In this document: in pieces, positions 43,635 through 54,411 of the stretch
Layout: each line of letters opens with the position of its first letter
Position numbering within the stretch: the first letter of the stretch is position 1
Origin: Marsupella aquatica
Taxonomy: Eukaryota > Plantae > Marchantiophyta
DNA: 64,000 nucleotides
Reading direction: 5' to 3'
NCBI GenBank assembly: GCA_973895155.1
Contig: OZ316891.1
Coordinates: forward strand, 30,573,112 to 30,637,111
Translations under genes and position numbers: made by a program
The notes under the pieces: model-generated
The model's input: only the letters and a program-made list of their open reading frames with translations
Told to the model about the DNA's origin: nothing
The model's database searches: none

Positions 43635-45691
43635 TTATGGAGGCTCAGTCCCCTCTTTCGGTAATCGTCTGAAGTTGATAAATGGTGCCAACAAGAGCAT
43701 CCTGCGGAGATTGTCGACAATTTACAAACCTCAGTCAGTGCACATATGTACAGGTTTTCCTGGAGGAACAATTATTGCCGTATCGAACTTTCGGTCTACC
43801 ATGCAGTTAATTGACGAGTGTGCAATTTTTCAGGAGAAGAACGGCAACATAGGTGAGGGAATTACCCAGGGAAGAAAACAAACACCAGCATAAACTGGAA
43901 GAAAGTCTCTGCAGTATTTCTTTTGTACCAGCGTAGGCGCAAATAATTGTAGACGATTGCCTGCTCAGAAGCACATACGAAACTGAAGTGGCTCAGTGAA
44001 AACAACCATAGATAAAGTACCAGGCAGAGTTGGACCACGCCATCTAGGAGTGGAGCGACTCTTGCTCTCCTCTCATGAGACGACGAGAGTAGAGACTCAT
44101 TGACACTTCTCCACCATGTAAAATCCCGTTTTCTTGACATTATCCCCAAGATAACCTGATCAACAGTTCTTCCTGTGAAATTGAAGAGGCTCTAAGTCTT
44201 GAAAACCGAATCGCAAAAACTTGCTTGAAGCCGATCTAGAAATTTCCGCTCCACCAAATGGTAGAGGTTTGGACCAAATGCACCTGATTTTCACTGACAT
44301 GAAAAATGTACAAGTGTGGTACAAGTGTGGTACTAAGCTATAAGGTTTTGTGAAATGCAGGATCAAGGAAGCTGATCTGAGCAACTATGTCAGCAATACA
44401 TCTAGGCACAGATCCTGATAGCTTCCATCCCTATCATGCGAAACAATGGTGGAATTGATATGGTGTGCAATGGCATTCATAGAGCTGGGAACGGATTCTC
44501 GAGAAAAGATCTGAAATCTGAGCTGAGAAAGTTACCGGAATGACCAAAAAGTAGAGAAACGCATAAAATGCAGATGCTCCCACCACCGCGAGAAGGTATT
44601 CAGGAGGATCTTCTACTTTTACCGCCTCTTCTAATGCGAAAGCTGTATCCTGAGACCACTCAAAACACCGGCACAAATTTCATCAGTCTCGACGACATAT
44701 CATACTTGAGTGAAAAAGAGCCAATACAACTTACAACACTTACAGCATTCAAAGTGAAGATCGGATGGGCAAAATTCTGCCACCAAACCAACTCTGTCTT
44801 TTGTTGATTCACTGTGATCCCAATATGCTATCATGTGTTATATCACCAAAAGAACAAGAATCATAAGTCTGAGAAGCTGACTATGACAAGGGCTCTCATC
44901 AACGCATCCCATCAATCCGACGATTACCCGTAGTATCACCAGGGGGAATGGCTGGCAACTAGAGAACCAGCATAAGAATTGTTACCTGCAAGTAAAACCC
45001 GGCAGAGGCTGCAACTGGAGCTAAAACCTTGCCCAAATCGGAACCCAAAATCCTCCCCGTCCAGTTCCTTGACACATCAAATTTCAGCGCCTCCTGCCAT
45101 GAAACGACAAAATAAGCCGATTTCAGGCCACATCACAGGCCTGTAATAGTATGAGTCCATCATTTTCTCTTCCAACAAGTCCCTCTTTTACTCTGCAATT
45201 TCTATCATTGCGAATCGAGGGCAAGTTCACACAGCTCGGGGTGAGTTAATTAACGGAAAGCTTTGGACACAGTAGATGGCTTGGAGCTCTCCAAGAGGTG
45301 AAATCACAACTCGCTCAACTTCAGGAATGTGCCACTTTAACAACCCGTCAATCATATAAAACGTATCCCTTGTGGACATTAGACAGAACTGTGTGTAGGG
45401 TGTGATACAGAAATGGTTGGATAGGAATGAATTGAATTGCGTTAACATCACAATCCACACAGACAGAAATTTTTTCATTCCCGAAAGCACGAGAGAACAG
45501 TGCACCTGAAACAACGACTGTAGAGGACTGGTCACAGAGGGCTGGGGGTCCGGAGATGAGGAAGCCTTCACAGCAGCAGCAGCAAAACCCCGTCCTTCTA
45601 CAAGACTCCTTCGCCTGACCGAGAGGGGACTGAATCTACCAAGTCCATACGGAGCTACCATGGCAGCCGAAGCTACTACAATCGTCGCCAT
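43635..45691 (-). CDS. ndhL: Chloroplast NAD(P)H dehydrogenase-like complex subunit L; 5 exons
   Basis: Transit peptide MATIVVASAAMVAPYGLGRFSPLSVRRRS..., then YAFLYFLVIP-AIVYNYLRLRWYKRNTAETFFQFMLVFVFFPG-MLLLAPFINFRRLPKEGTEPP*, the NdhL/CRR23 signature (RWY, FFPG, PFxNFR). TAA at 43635-43637. Confidence 0.92.
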
Positions 45692-45857
45692 TCTAGTAAT
45701 CCTTACAACACAATTTCCGGTACAAGATCCCGCCCGGTTGAAGACCAATTTACACCATCGCTCTCATCGAAGTCGAGCTCTCTGTCTCGTACCGTGAACA
45801 ATCCAGCAGAGCAAATCAGTGGTTGGCGAAAGAGTAGGCACAGCTCAGAACCAATAT

Positions 45858-46260
45858 CCCGGTTGATCGGGCCGGGCGGGCGGCGGGTCGGGGAGGCCGG
45901 ATCGGGTCGGGGAGGCCGGATCGGGTCGGGTCGGGCCGGGACGAGCCGGGGCAGGGCGGGGCGGGGAGGCCGGGTCGGGAGGCCGAGTCGGGTCGGGCCG
46001 GGACCAGCCGGGCCGGGACCAGCCGGGCCGGATGGGTCGGGTCAAGACCAGCCGGGCGGAGCGGGGCCGGGCGGGTCGGGTCGGGCCAGGCAGAGGCGGC
46101 TATGGCAGCTGCAAGCCGGAAGATTAGGGTTCGGGGGCTTGGGGCGGGGTGGACTCGGGCGGGGCGGGGTGGGGAGGGGATAAAAGGAGGGAGGGCTTGG
46201 GGCTTGGGGTGGGGTGGGGAGGCGACAGGGGTGGGGAGGGGATAAAAGGAGGAAGGGCCC
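45858..46260. repeat. Extremely GC-rich, G-skewed low-complexity tract (GGGTC/GGGCC/GGGGC repeats)
   Basis: Seen directly: cgggtcggggaggccggat repeats, then GGGG runs and two ggggataaaagga motifs. Confidence 0.9.
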
Positions 46261-46351
46261 AACCTTTTTCTCATTGTCATTCTTCTTTTTGGAGGAGGAG
46301 AGGAGGAGTTGAGGAGAGGAGAGAAAGGTAAGTTTTGAGTTTGTTTGTGTT

Positions 46352-46485
46352 TGGATTTGGTTTAAGTTTGTTTTGGACTTGTGTTTTGTTTTGCGTATGG
46401 ATTTGGTTTAAGTTTGTTTTGGGCTTGTGTTTTGTTTTGTATTTGGATTTGGTTTAAGTTTGTTTTGGGCGGCTTGTGTTTTGTG
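46352..46485. repeat. Tandem repeat, 3 x 46 bp
   Basis: tggatttggtttaagtttgttttgg.cttgtgttttg... at 46352, 46398 and 46444. Confidence 0.9.
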
Positions 46486-47407
46486 TTTGTGTTTTACAAC
46501 TATTTTTTAGGTAAATGGAGGGATATAAATGAATTCTTGTATGCGCGTGTTTGGAGCTTCGGCTCAGCATGGGATAATTCATACAAGAGTTCTTAATATC
46601 ACCTCAATAGTTTAGAATCATTTGTGAATTGAGTGAAATATTTGCGGAGATAGAGAAATCCATGTACGCAGGTTTGGAGCTTTGGCTCGGCTTGTGATAT
46701 TTTGCATGGATGTCACTATGCTTCTAGAGTGTTTTCACTTGATGGACAAATGATTGCTAAATTCTAGATATACTATCACATACATCCAAGTAGGAATGTC
46801 AACACCTTTGAAAGATTTAAAGGAAACTTTTGTGCAGATGCTTGGAGTTTCAGCTCATCTGTGATAATTCACAAATGTGTTCTTATCTTTTATTGTTGTT
46901 ACGTTCAAAACACTAATAAAAATGAACAGCTTTTTATTATCCTGTCCCCAAGCTTTTTATTATCCTGTCCCCAAACTGAGCTAAATTACTAACCTACCTA
47001 CAAAAGTATCTTAATTGTTAGATTGCCCCTGATATGGTAAATATGGGTTACATTAACTATCTTAGTTAACCCAAAGTGATTTCTCATTGGTGGACTAACA
47101 TGTGGCAAGGCGCTATTGGCTCCGCCTTACCCTGGCAGCTTATCCTCACCCAACTAGCTCTTTCCCATTTTGGGAGTTTAGCTAAACAACTGATGCATAT
47201 GCTTTGGAAAATAACTTTTAGAGATTATTTCTAGAGAATTGGGATGGAGATAATTCCTTATGCTAGAGATTAGAGACCCCGCTCTCCAATTACCACATGA
47301 AATATGAAGTAAAATCTGTTTTATTTGTTCATATTGTTATGCCTTGCTTTTTGGTGAATTTTCAAATTTATGCTAAATATGTTTTTACTATTGTAGATCT
47401 TGCAAAC

Positions 47408-48751
47408 ATGGTACGATGGAAATTGGATTCATCTGATGAGGATGAAAAGGATACGAATGACATTCGTGATCCTATGAGGCAAGATGGTCAAGGATCTTAC
47501 ATGGAGGAGGACGACCATGATTTTGATGTGTTAGAGAAACACACAGTAACCTGGAGTAAAGATAAGTCTAAACCCAAGGGTGGTTATATTGTATTGGGCA
47601 ATAGTCACCCCTTGCAAAGCAGAGCAAAGTTGGAGGTTGAGAGTATTGATGTTGAATGGAATATCACAACAACAAACGTCAAATCTCCTCATGATGAATG
47701 GCCTATCAATGCGAAAGAATTGGAGATTTTGATGCCCAAGGCAGAGTTTGGGAAATTTGCAAAAATGAATTTTGAAGATCCGAACATGTGGGCAATAAAA
47801 TCTTGGTCACAAGAAAAATTTACCATGTCAAAGGTAACACATCCAGTTGTTTCTTTGCATTGGCAACAAAGATTTCGAGAGTTTGCTCCAAACAAGGCAA
47901 ATGGGAAAATAGGTTCTGCTTATCCTCCTTTTGTCCGATGTCTAATTGTTGAATTCATTCTAAATTGGAAGGTGGATTACCGTTGGGTAAACAATGATGG
48001 CAAGGTCATCCATTTGGTGCATAAATCAGTGCTTGCTATTGCAAGAAACAGGAGTAAAAGTACAAGAAAATATATTTCAATCGGTACTTCCAACAAGGGG
48101 TCCAAAAGAAAGATGGATGTCATAGAAAAGGTTCATACGCATCAAAAGGAAAAAAGGACTGTAAGTTCTCAATTCCTTGTCAAACCTAAGCCTGTAGCCA
48201 CACCAAGCAATGTGGAGTCCACCAAGACCAAAAGACCAAACATTTCAGGCGTTGGAAGTAGTAGTCCACATGCAAGCGACATCAATGTTTTGGATCCGAA
48301 CAAGGAGAGTTTCAAGATGCAAAATGTATGCAAGAGCTTGGGAGCAGAGGTTGGTGATTTCATTGAGAAGAATCTTTGCACAAAGTATCTAGTTGAGCTT
48401 TGTGAATCTGACACCATTCAAAAGTACAAGTCAAAATTACACGAGGCTAATTTGAAGATAAATTTACTTGAAAAGATGCACATCGAATCAACGGCCAATT
48501 CTGAAGTGAATGAGTACAAGGCTCAATTATTTGACAAGATGGAAGAAATCAAGAAGCTGACTCAACAACTTGCTCAAAGAGAAGGTCAATCAAACCAAGC
48601 GGCGAAACTTGAGGAGAAGAACAAAGTCATCAACGATCTTCAGAATCAACTTGCATTGCAACAATTCATCATAACAAATCTGCATGCTGAGATAGAGCAT
48701 TTCAACAACGGTGATTTGGGATCTAGGTCAAACAAAGGGAAATCAGAATAA
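47408..48751 (+). CDS. Intron-less orphan protein, 447 aa (acidic N-terminus, Trp-rich core, C-terminal coiled coil), probably TE-borne
   Basis: Longest ORF in the window. A ttgtAG acceptor (47396) lies 11 nt before the ATG at 47408, and a strong AG|GTAAGT donor at 46328 implies a 5'-UTR intron. Heptad-rich LFDKMEEIKKLTQQLAQRE...LEEKNKVINDLQNQL. Confidence 0.7.
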   Translation: MVRWKLDSSDEDEKDTNDIRDPMRQDGQGSYMEEDDHDFDVLEKHTVTWSKDKSKPKGGYIVLGNSHPLQSRAKLEVESIDVEWNITTTNVKSPHDEWPINAKELEILMPKAEFGKFAKMNFEDPNMWAIKSWSQEKFTMSKVTHPVVSLHWQQRFREFAPNKANGKIGSAYPPFVRCLIVEFILNWKVDYRWVNNDGKVIHLVHKSVLAIARNRSKSTRKYISIGTSNKGSKRKMDVIEKVHTHQKEKRTVSSQFLVKPKPVATPSNVESTKTKRPNISGVGSSSPHASDINVLDPNKESFKMQNVCKSLGAEVGDFIEKNLCTKYLVELCESDTIQKYKSKLHEANLKINLLEKMHIESTANSEVNEYKAQLFDKMEEIKKLTQQLAQREGQSNQAAKLEEKNKVINDLQNQLALQQFIITNLHAEIEHFNNGDLGSRSNKGKSE

Positions 48752-51700
48752 TTTGTCCGATGAAAATTTTGTTCACATGCGGATCGTCGATTCCATGGGA
48801 CACATTAACCTTTTTCCGAATGTGGAGGTTGATGCGGAAGGTATGGTGTTGAGAGGTATTTTGAAAAGTCGCCATGAACAACGTCAACAGTAGAAGGAAT
48901 TGAAGCAGAAGCCGACGACATCAACAACAAAAGATTTTGAAATCAACACTCTCTAGAACTTCCTGTAGTTTTGATGCTTATAGTATTTGAGAGCCTTTCT
49001 TGTAGTAGTAGGTGCAAAATTTGAACAAAGAGTAAACTCATCCATCTGTTTTGAATAGTCAGGTCTCTTTGGCAATACTTTTCAATTTGTAATTGCCAAA
49101 GAAACACTAAAGTGACAACTTATTTCATATCCCAGTGGGTACCTATTTTTGTCATTGAGCGCACGATGTCCGAGTATATTTGTGTCTTTGTGTTTGTGTG
49201 TGGAGGATTGGCCCGACCAACGGGGATGCACCAAATTGGATGGCTTAAGTATGTTGGTGAAGGAAGTTTGCATTATTACAGTAGATGGCTACATGGCAAA
49301 GTATGCACCTGTGCCTTAAATATGTCACCATTCTACTTTTTCTCATTCTTGTCCGTGATGACTGATAAACAACCTTGCATTGCCCTGTTATCGGTCATCA
49401 CCGACAAAATGAGAAGAATAAGAAAGTTGGCATCATTAAGGCGTAGGACCCTACTTTGCCCAAGAAACCAGTCATCCGGTGGTGGGATGGACTGCTTCCG
49501 ATTTGTCTCGTACAATTAATCCTGATGCCAATGAAAGTACAAGTGTGTGAATTGATGGCCTATCAATCATTTATGTTTACAGTGTGTGAAGTTATGGCCT
49601 ATCAATCATTGGAGGTACAGTGATTCTGTGAGAATGGCCAGGTGTAAGGGGTATTTCATGCCACTATATAATCATCTAGAGTGAAGTCATTACTCTGAAA
49701 AGGTAACTGAAGTTGGGGGTGTGAGGGGACAACCCGATCTAAATTTTAAGGATATTATAATTATATAGAAATAGGTACCATTACCTCTAAGAATATTCTT
49801 AAATTTCTTAGGCGTAATATTCTTGGGGGCAACAGTGCCTAGCTATGATTAGGAGACCCAAATTCATAGTAGCATTGAATTTTCTTGCTTCACGTCTTTG
49901 GCCTTCTTACATTTTTATTTTTCTTGCGGTCACAAGGGATGGCATCTGGACATCCATTATCATCCCCATTTCCAAATTTGGAGCTATTTCCACCTGTACT
50001 TGAGTTAGAGGGTGCAAGAGAGGCTAGATTTAGAGGGGTCAGATTCTCAAACTTAACCAAAGTAGTGATTATTATAATCAAAGTGATTCAAGGTCATCTT
50101 CTTTGCTCATGGTCTTCTATCCAGAGATCTCAACCAGGCCTTAATTTTGCCTTGACTTTTTAAGATCATGTTGCTTCTCAGCTCTCAAAGTAAGAACTAG
50201 GGTACTCAATGGATTTGTGGCACATTGGAGGAAATTGATATTTCTGACAGATTGAAGAGACTAGACAATGTAGATGAAGATGATGGCTTCTGGGACCACT
50301 ATGATGGTGACATAGTTATTAAGCTTGGACTCTTCTTCAATAGTGCAATTCATTGTATAATTTTTTTTACTTTACTTTCTGCAGGTTGGCGATGAAGGGA
50401 ATGGAGGTGGAGTAGCTTTGATAAGGGCGGAATGGGAATGAAGGCGCTAGATTAAGTGGTTGCTGAGTGTGGCAAGGATTTGTCCATCTTGACATTCAAA
50501 GTATCTTCAGATTGTGTGATATTAGAATTAGTCTGGGTACCCTTTGGAAAAGGTCAGGATTTGAGGTCTAGAAAAACTTCTGATCATAGGAGGTCTAGAA
50601 TTTTTTTATAATGCCCTTCCTCTCTGCCTTGCTAAAATTCGTAATTACAAAGAATCCATTTGCACAAATTTGTTGTTAACTGCTGTTGACTCAAGTCTTG
50701 TCTCACACAACCTTATTTGAATTTCTTCAGTACATGAACACAGTTCAGATTAACATCATCCCCTGAACCTACACTGGTGCTGCACAATTCTCAGCTTGGT
50801 TTGTGGTATGTATGTTGAGATGTAGATTGCCAGGCAGTGCCCATGAACCAGTGTTGAGAGCTTAGAAGCTGTGGTGAGTTACATGTGGGTCCCATCCATA
50901 CATTTAGTGTTAATTCCATCTCACAATAGACTTCCTGGCTCATAGATTCCGATCGAGCCGCAGTCACTATTGAACCGGCCTGATTGGTTGATTATCGCCA
51001 ATGCATTTGTGCTCCCTCCCAGATCCCTCTCCAACAATGACTGACATTAAAAATTTCTCTAAAAAAATTAGCATTACACTGGAGGAATCTGGCCCAGCAG
51101 TAACCTTGCCTATGGACATTGATGTGGAGATACCACCAGTAGTACCAATTGGGTATTTTTTTACCAAAATTATATTTAATTTGTATAGTCATTTCAAGCT
51201 TTCAATTACCAAAAAAAACATTGATAATTGGTGCTGAATTAAATGTTTTTGGTCATTACCGTCTCAGTGATAAATTTGTGCATGAGTAAATGTTTTTGGT
51301 CATTAAAGTAGCAGGTGATTTAAAACACAATATGTAGCCATTAGACAGAAACATCTATCTCCCCCCATTTTCAAAATTTCATAACTCGGTCCAATAACAG
51401 GAGTTATGAGATATATCCCAAATCCATATATTTCACTGTCTAATAACCAGCTTTGAGACCCCCTAATAGTGTCATGTGTTACGGGCCAAGAATTTTGGCA
51501 CGGGCCACACCAGGACTAGCATGCGCGACCCACGCATTTGCACCCAACGGTTTTCGGACGATGATATGTAGTACTGAGTAACAAATATGAAACTTTCTCG
51601 ACATGGCAACAAAGGGTCTTGCATGCGTCAGTCGCTGAAAGTCACAGATGAAGCTAGGGCGTTGATTAGCATCGACTGACTTTCTCCAATACGGGCTTGG

Positions 51701-51852
51701 GCGACAAAAATAATGAATAATGTTTAGGCACTGACTTATTGGAGTAAACAGATTCAACTTCTGATAAAGAAATGCTCCCAGAATGCAAATTGTGATATGG
51801 AGTTTTACGTTATTAATCAGCTTCTGTCAAGCACTGCACTGTTGTTGAATCG

Positions 51853-54411
51853 CTACTTCTCAAAGAGACCCTTCCAATGTATATACATGACTATACTTGA
51901 GAACACAGAGGCACATACTGTCACCAGACCCAGTAAAAAGGGTAGAAAGCAGTCAGGATTATTATACAATGGAATTTGGATGTTCATACTAACAGCACCA
52001 CACAATGCTGTCCCAATGCCAATGGCTAGCATCGATGTTGTCAGGGTGATTTGGAACTGAAATAGTTGATTTCGTTGATGATCGAGCTGAATATTGATGT
52101 AGTCCTCTGTATCATCAATATACTCCCGAATCTGCACAAGAAAAACTAAGTTAGTAACAGCGGAGAAATCGATGAAAATGAGGACAAATTCGGAGTGGAT
52201 GCACAAAGCTCTCCATTTTACTTTTTTCCTAAAGCAAATATGACAATATCAATGAGCCGACATTCCCATTTCGAGACTACGAACGGACTCTCCTACCTAT
52301 AAATAAACGTAGGCATTATAAAGATCGCACAGGGAGCCTCCCATTTCGCCCGGAGCATAAAACAGTATACTGCCCAATAAATGTACTTGATAGCATCATC
52401 TCCTAGTTTTCTGACCGAAGCACTATGCTACACCGTGCTTCTCCCCTGCCTCTTCAGACAACTACCTGTGTCGTTAAGAAATTCTTCTCAAATGGAAAGC
52501 CGGCTTGAATAATATAACTCGAATCACATCAGATGATCAATCAAAGTCGAAAAAGCAAATCTGTCGTCATTAGTTAAGCATGTCCTCTTTCCAAGATTTA
52601 TGTGACTTGTCAATTTTCCGCCTCTGGGTCTTCTGAAGTATGGGAAATTTTCACCCCTGCCCAATTGGGATTCCATAGAATTCCTTAGTTCATTTCTTAC
52701 AATGCCTACTTTAAATGTACGAGATGACTTTCCTTCAAATGTAATTTTCCAACTTCAAGTCTGATCATTATATCTCAAGATCATCAAACAGGAAAAAAAA
52801 GTGTGACTGGGGACGTAAGATTGGATACCATCATGAGTTTGTTTAGTGTTCCATCCAGCTGCATGAAATATGCCTCCAGTAACATCTCAAGCTCTTCTAC
52901 ATCCTCATTGCCAAGACTCACACTTGCAGCCAAGCTCGTAGCGCCATTGAACATTGAAGCCTTACTGGATTCGAATGTGCTGTACTGTCCGCCGTGTACG
53001 CGAAAAGATATGGAGGGGGAATCAACATGTTGGTCCTGTGCAAGCTTTCGGGTGAGATAAAGATCTGCCATATCGTCGTCATCGTCCAACAGCTGCTCCA
53101 ATTCATCCCTCACCTGAGTAATTGTGCCATAGACGCCAATATGCACATGGTTATAGTTAATATGCGAGCAAACGACTCCATTGCAGACCAGTATGTAAAA
53201 GACATCAACTTAGGTCAAACCTAATTAAATATTACTTTTCCTGTACAACTGCGCTGTCACATACAAGGCTGCTGAGAAAATATAACCTTCCACCACGTTG
53301 AAACACGCTAATTTTAATTGGAAGTCGGAGACCAAGTCTGTGGTAGAGGATTTCTCGATCAAAGATTTAAACAAAAACGGAATGCCCGAAAGGGAACAAA
53401 AATTACTTTCTGCACTCTGGCCGTGAGACGAGTGAGGACACTTTTAAGACTACGAACAAGCTCCAAATTGCCGGACGTGATGTTTTTTGTAAATTCATCT
53501 AACGTTGGATAAGCCTTCAGCTCCAGCTCGTTAACTCTGCCCTCCAGATAGTTGCAAACCACATCAAGAGCAATTTCCAAGACCCTAAACTCGAACGGAA
53601 GTTCATCTGGAGGTTTTTCTGCGAAATTCCCTTGTGGGCTCCACTCCAAAGCACCCAAAGCAGGGGCCTCGGAGATTGTGACGTTCACAGAATCCTGGTG
53701 GACCTCTGGAGAAAAACGAGATTCTTGCTGGTCCCCTTGGCATGAAGATTTGAGAGGAAACTGTTCCTTTAACTGCTCTACAAACGGGACGACGGCAGGA
53801 CTAGTGGCATCGAGCAGAAAAAGCTCCTCTGCGGTTACAATGGCCTTGATGAATTCCAGATTAACCACCATAGCTCGTTCTCGTGCTGCGGACACAAACA
53901 GCAACCCTAACTCAGATCAATAGAGCGTAAAGTTCAAACACTTACTTGGATTCAGTAGAGATGCCCAACATTACTCTAGACTCTCTTTCAAACAGTGGCA
54001 AGAGACCTCACACTGGTTGCCCTCCTGGACATCGGGCATTTGATTGAATGCAGAACTTTGTACATGGCAATGAGTGAAACGGTCGGTCACGAATAATGCA
54101 CTAATAAGAAAGGGATCAACCACAGGAGCCCAGAGAGTCTTACCAAGGATATGCGAGGATTGTGAAAATACTGGACCCAGGATCCTTAGATCCCGGGCAG
54201 GAATCGAGGCACGCTGCATTATGGCAGTCCTGTCGAGGTACAAGAACTCGGACACTCCAGATGAGTCGAATCGCATCCACATGCGGGAACCCGGTTTCTT
54301 TCTCTTGACAGGGAAGACCTGTAATATTGTATTATCCGATATTGAAGGCTCGTCCTCCATAATCATATAGGGCACTTTGTCCCCATATTTTTTCATAATG
54401 GGAGTCGGCAT
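51853..54411 (-). CDS. MRS2-4: Magnesium transporter, CorA/MRS2 family, MRS2-4/MGT6 clade; 4 coding exons
   Basis: RMWMRFD...[120 protein letters not shown], and two C-terminal TM helices. Confidence 0.95.

Noticed and set aside
45794-46331. Gly/Arg/Pro-rich ORFs on both strands
   Set aside because: By-products of the stop-free GC-rich repeat tract.
47297-47407. First 37 codons of the 484-aa ORF call
   Set aside because: T-rich sequence ending in ttgtAG is better explained as the 3' end of an intron; the ATG at 47408 is preferred.
51480-51520. Possible Helitron 3' end (gcacgggcc...ctag)
   Set aside because: The first hairpin arm is missing and CTAG is not followed by T.
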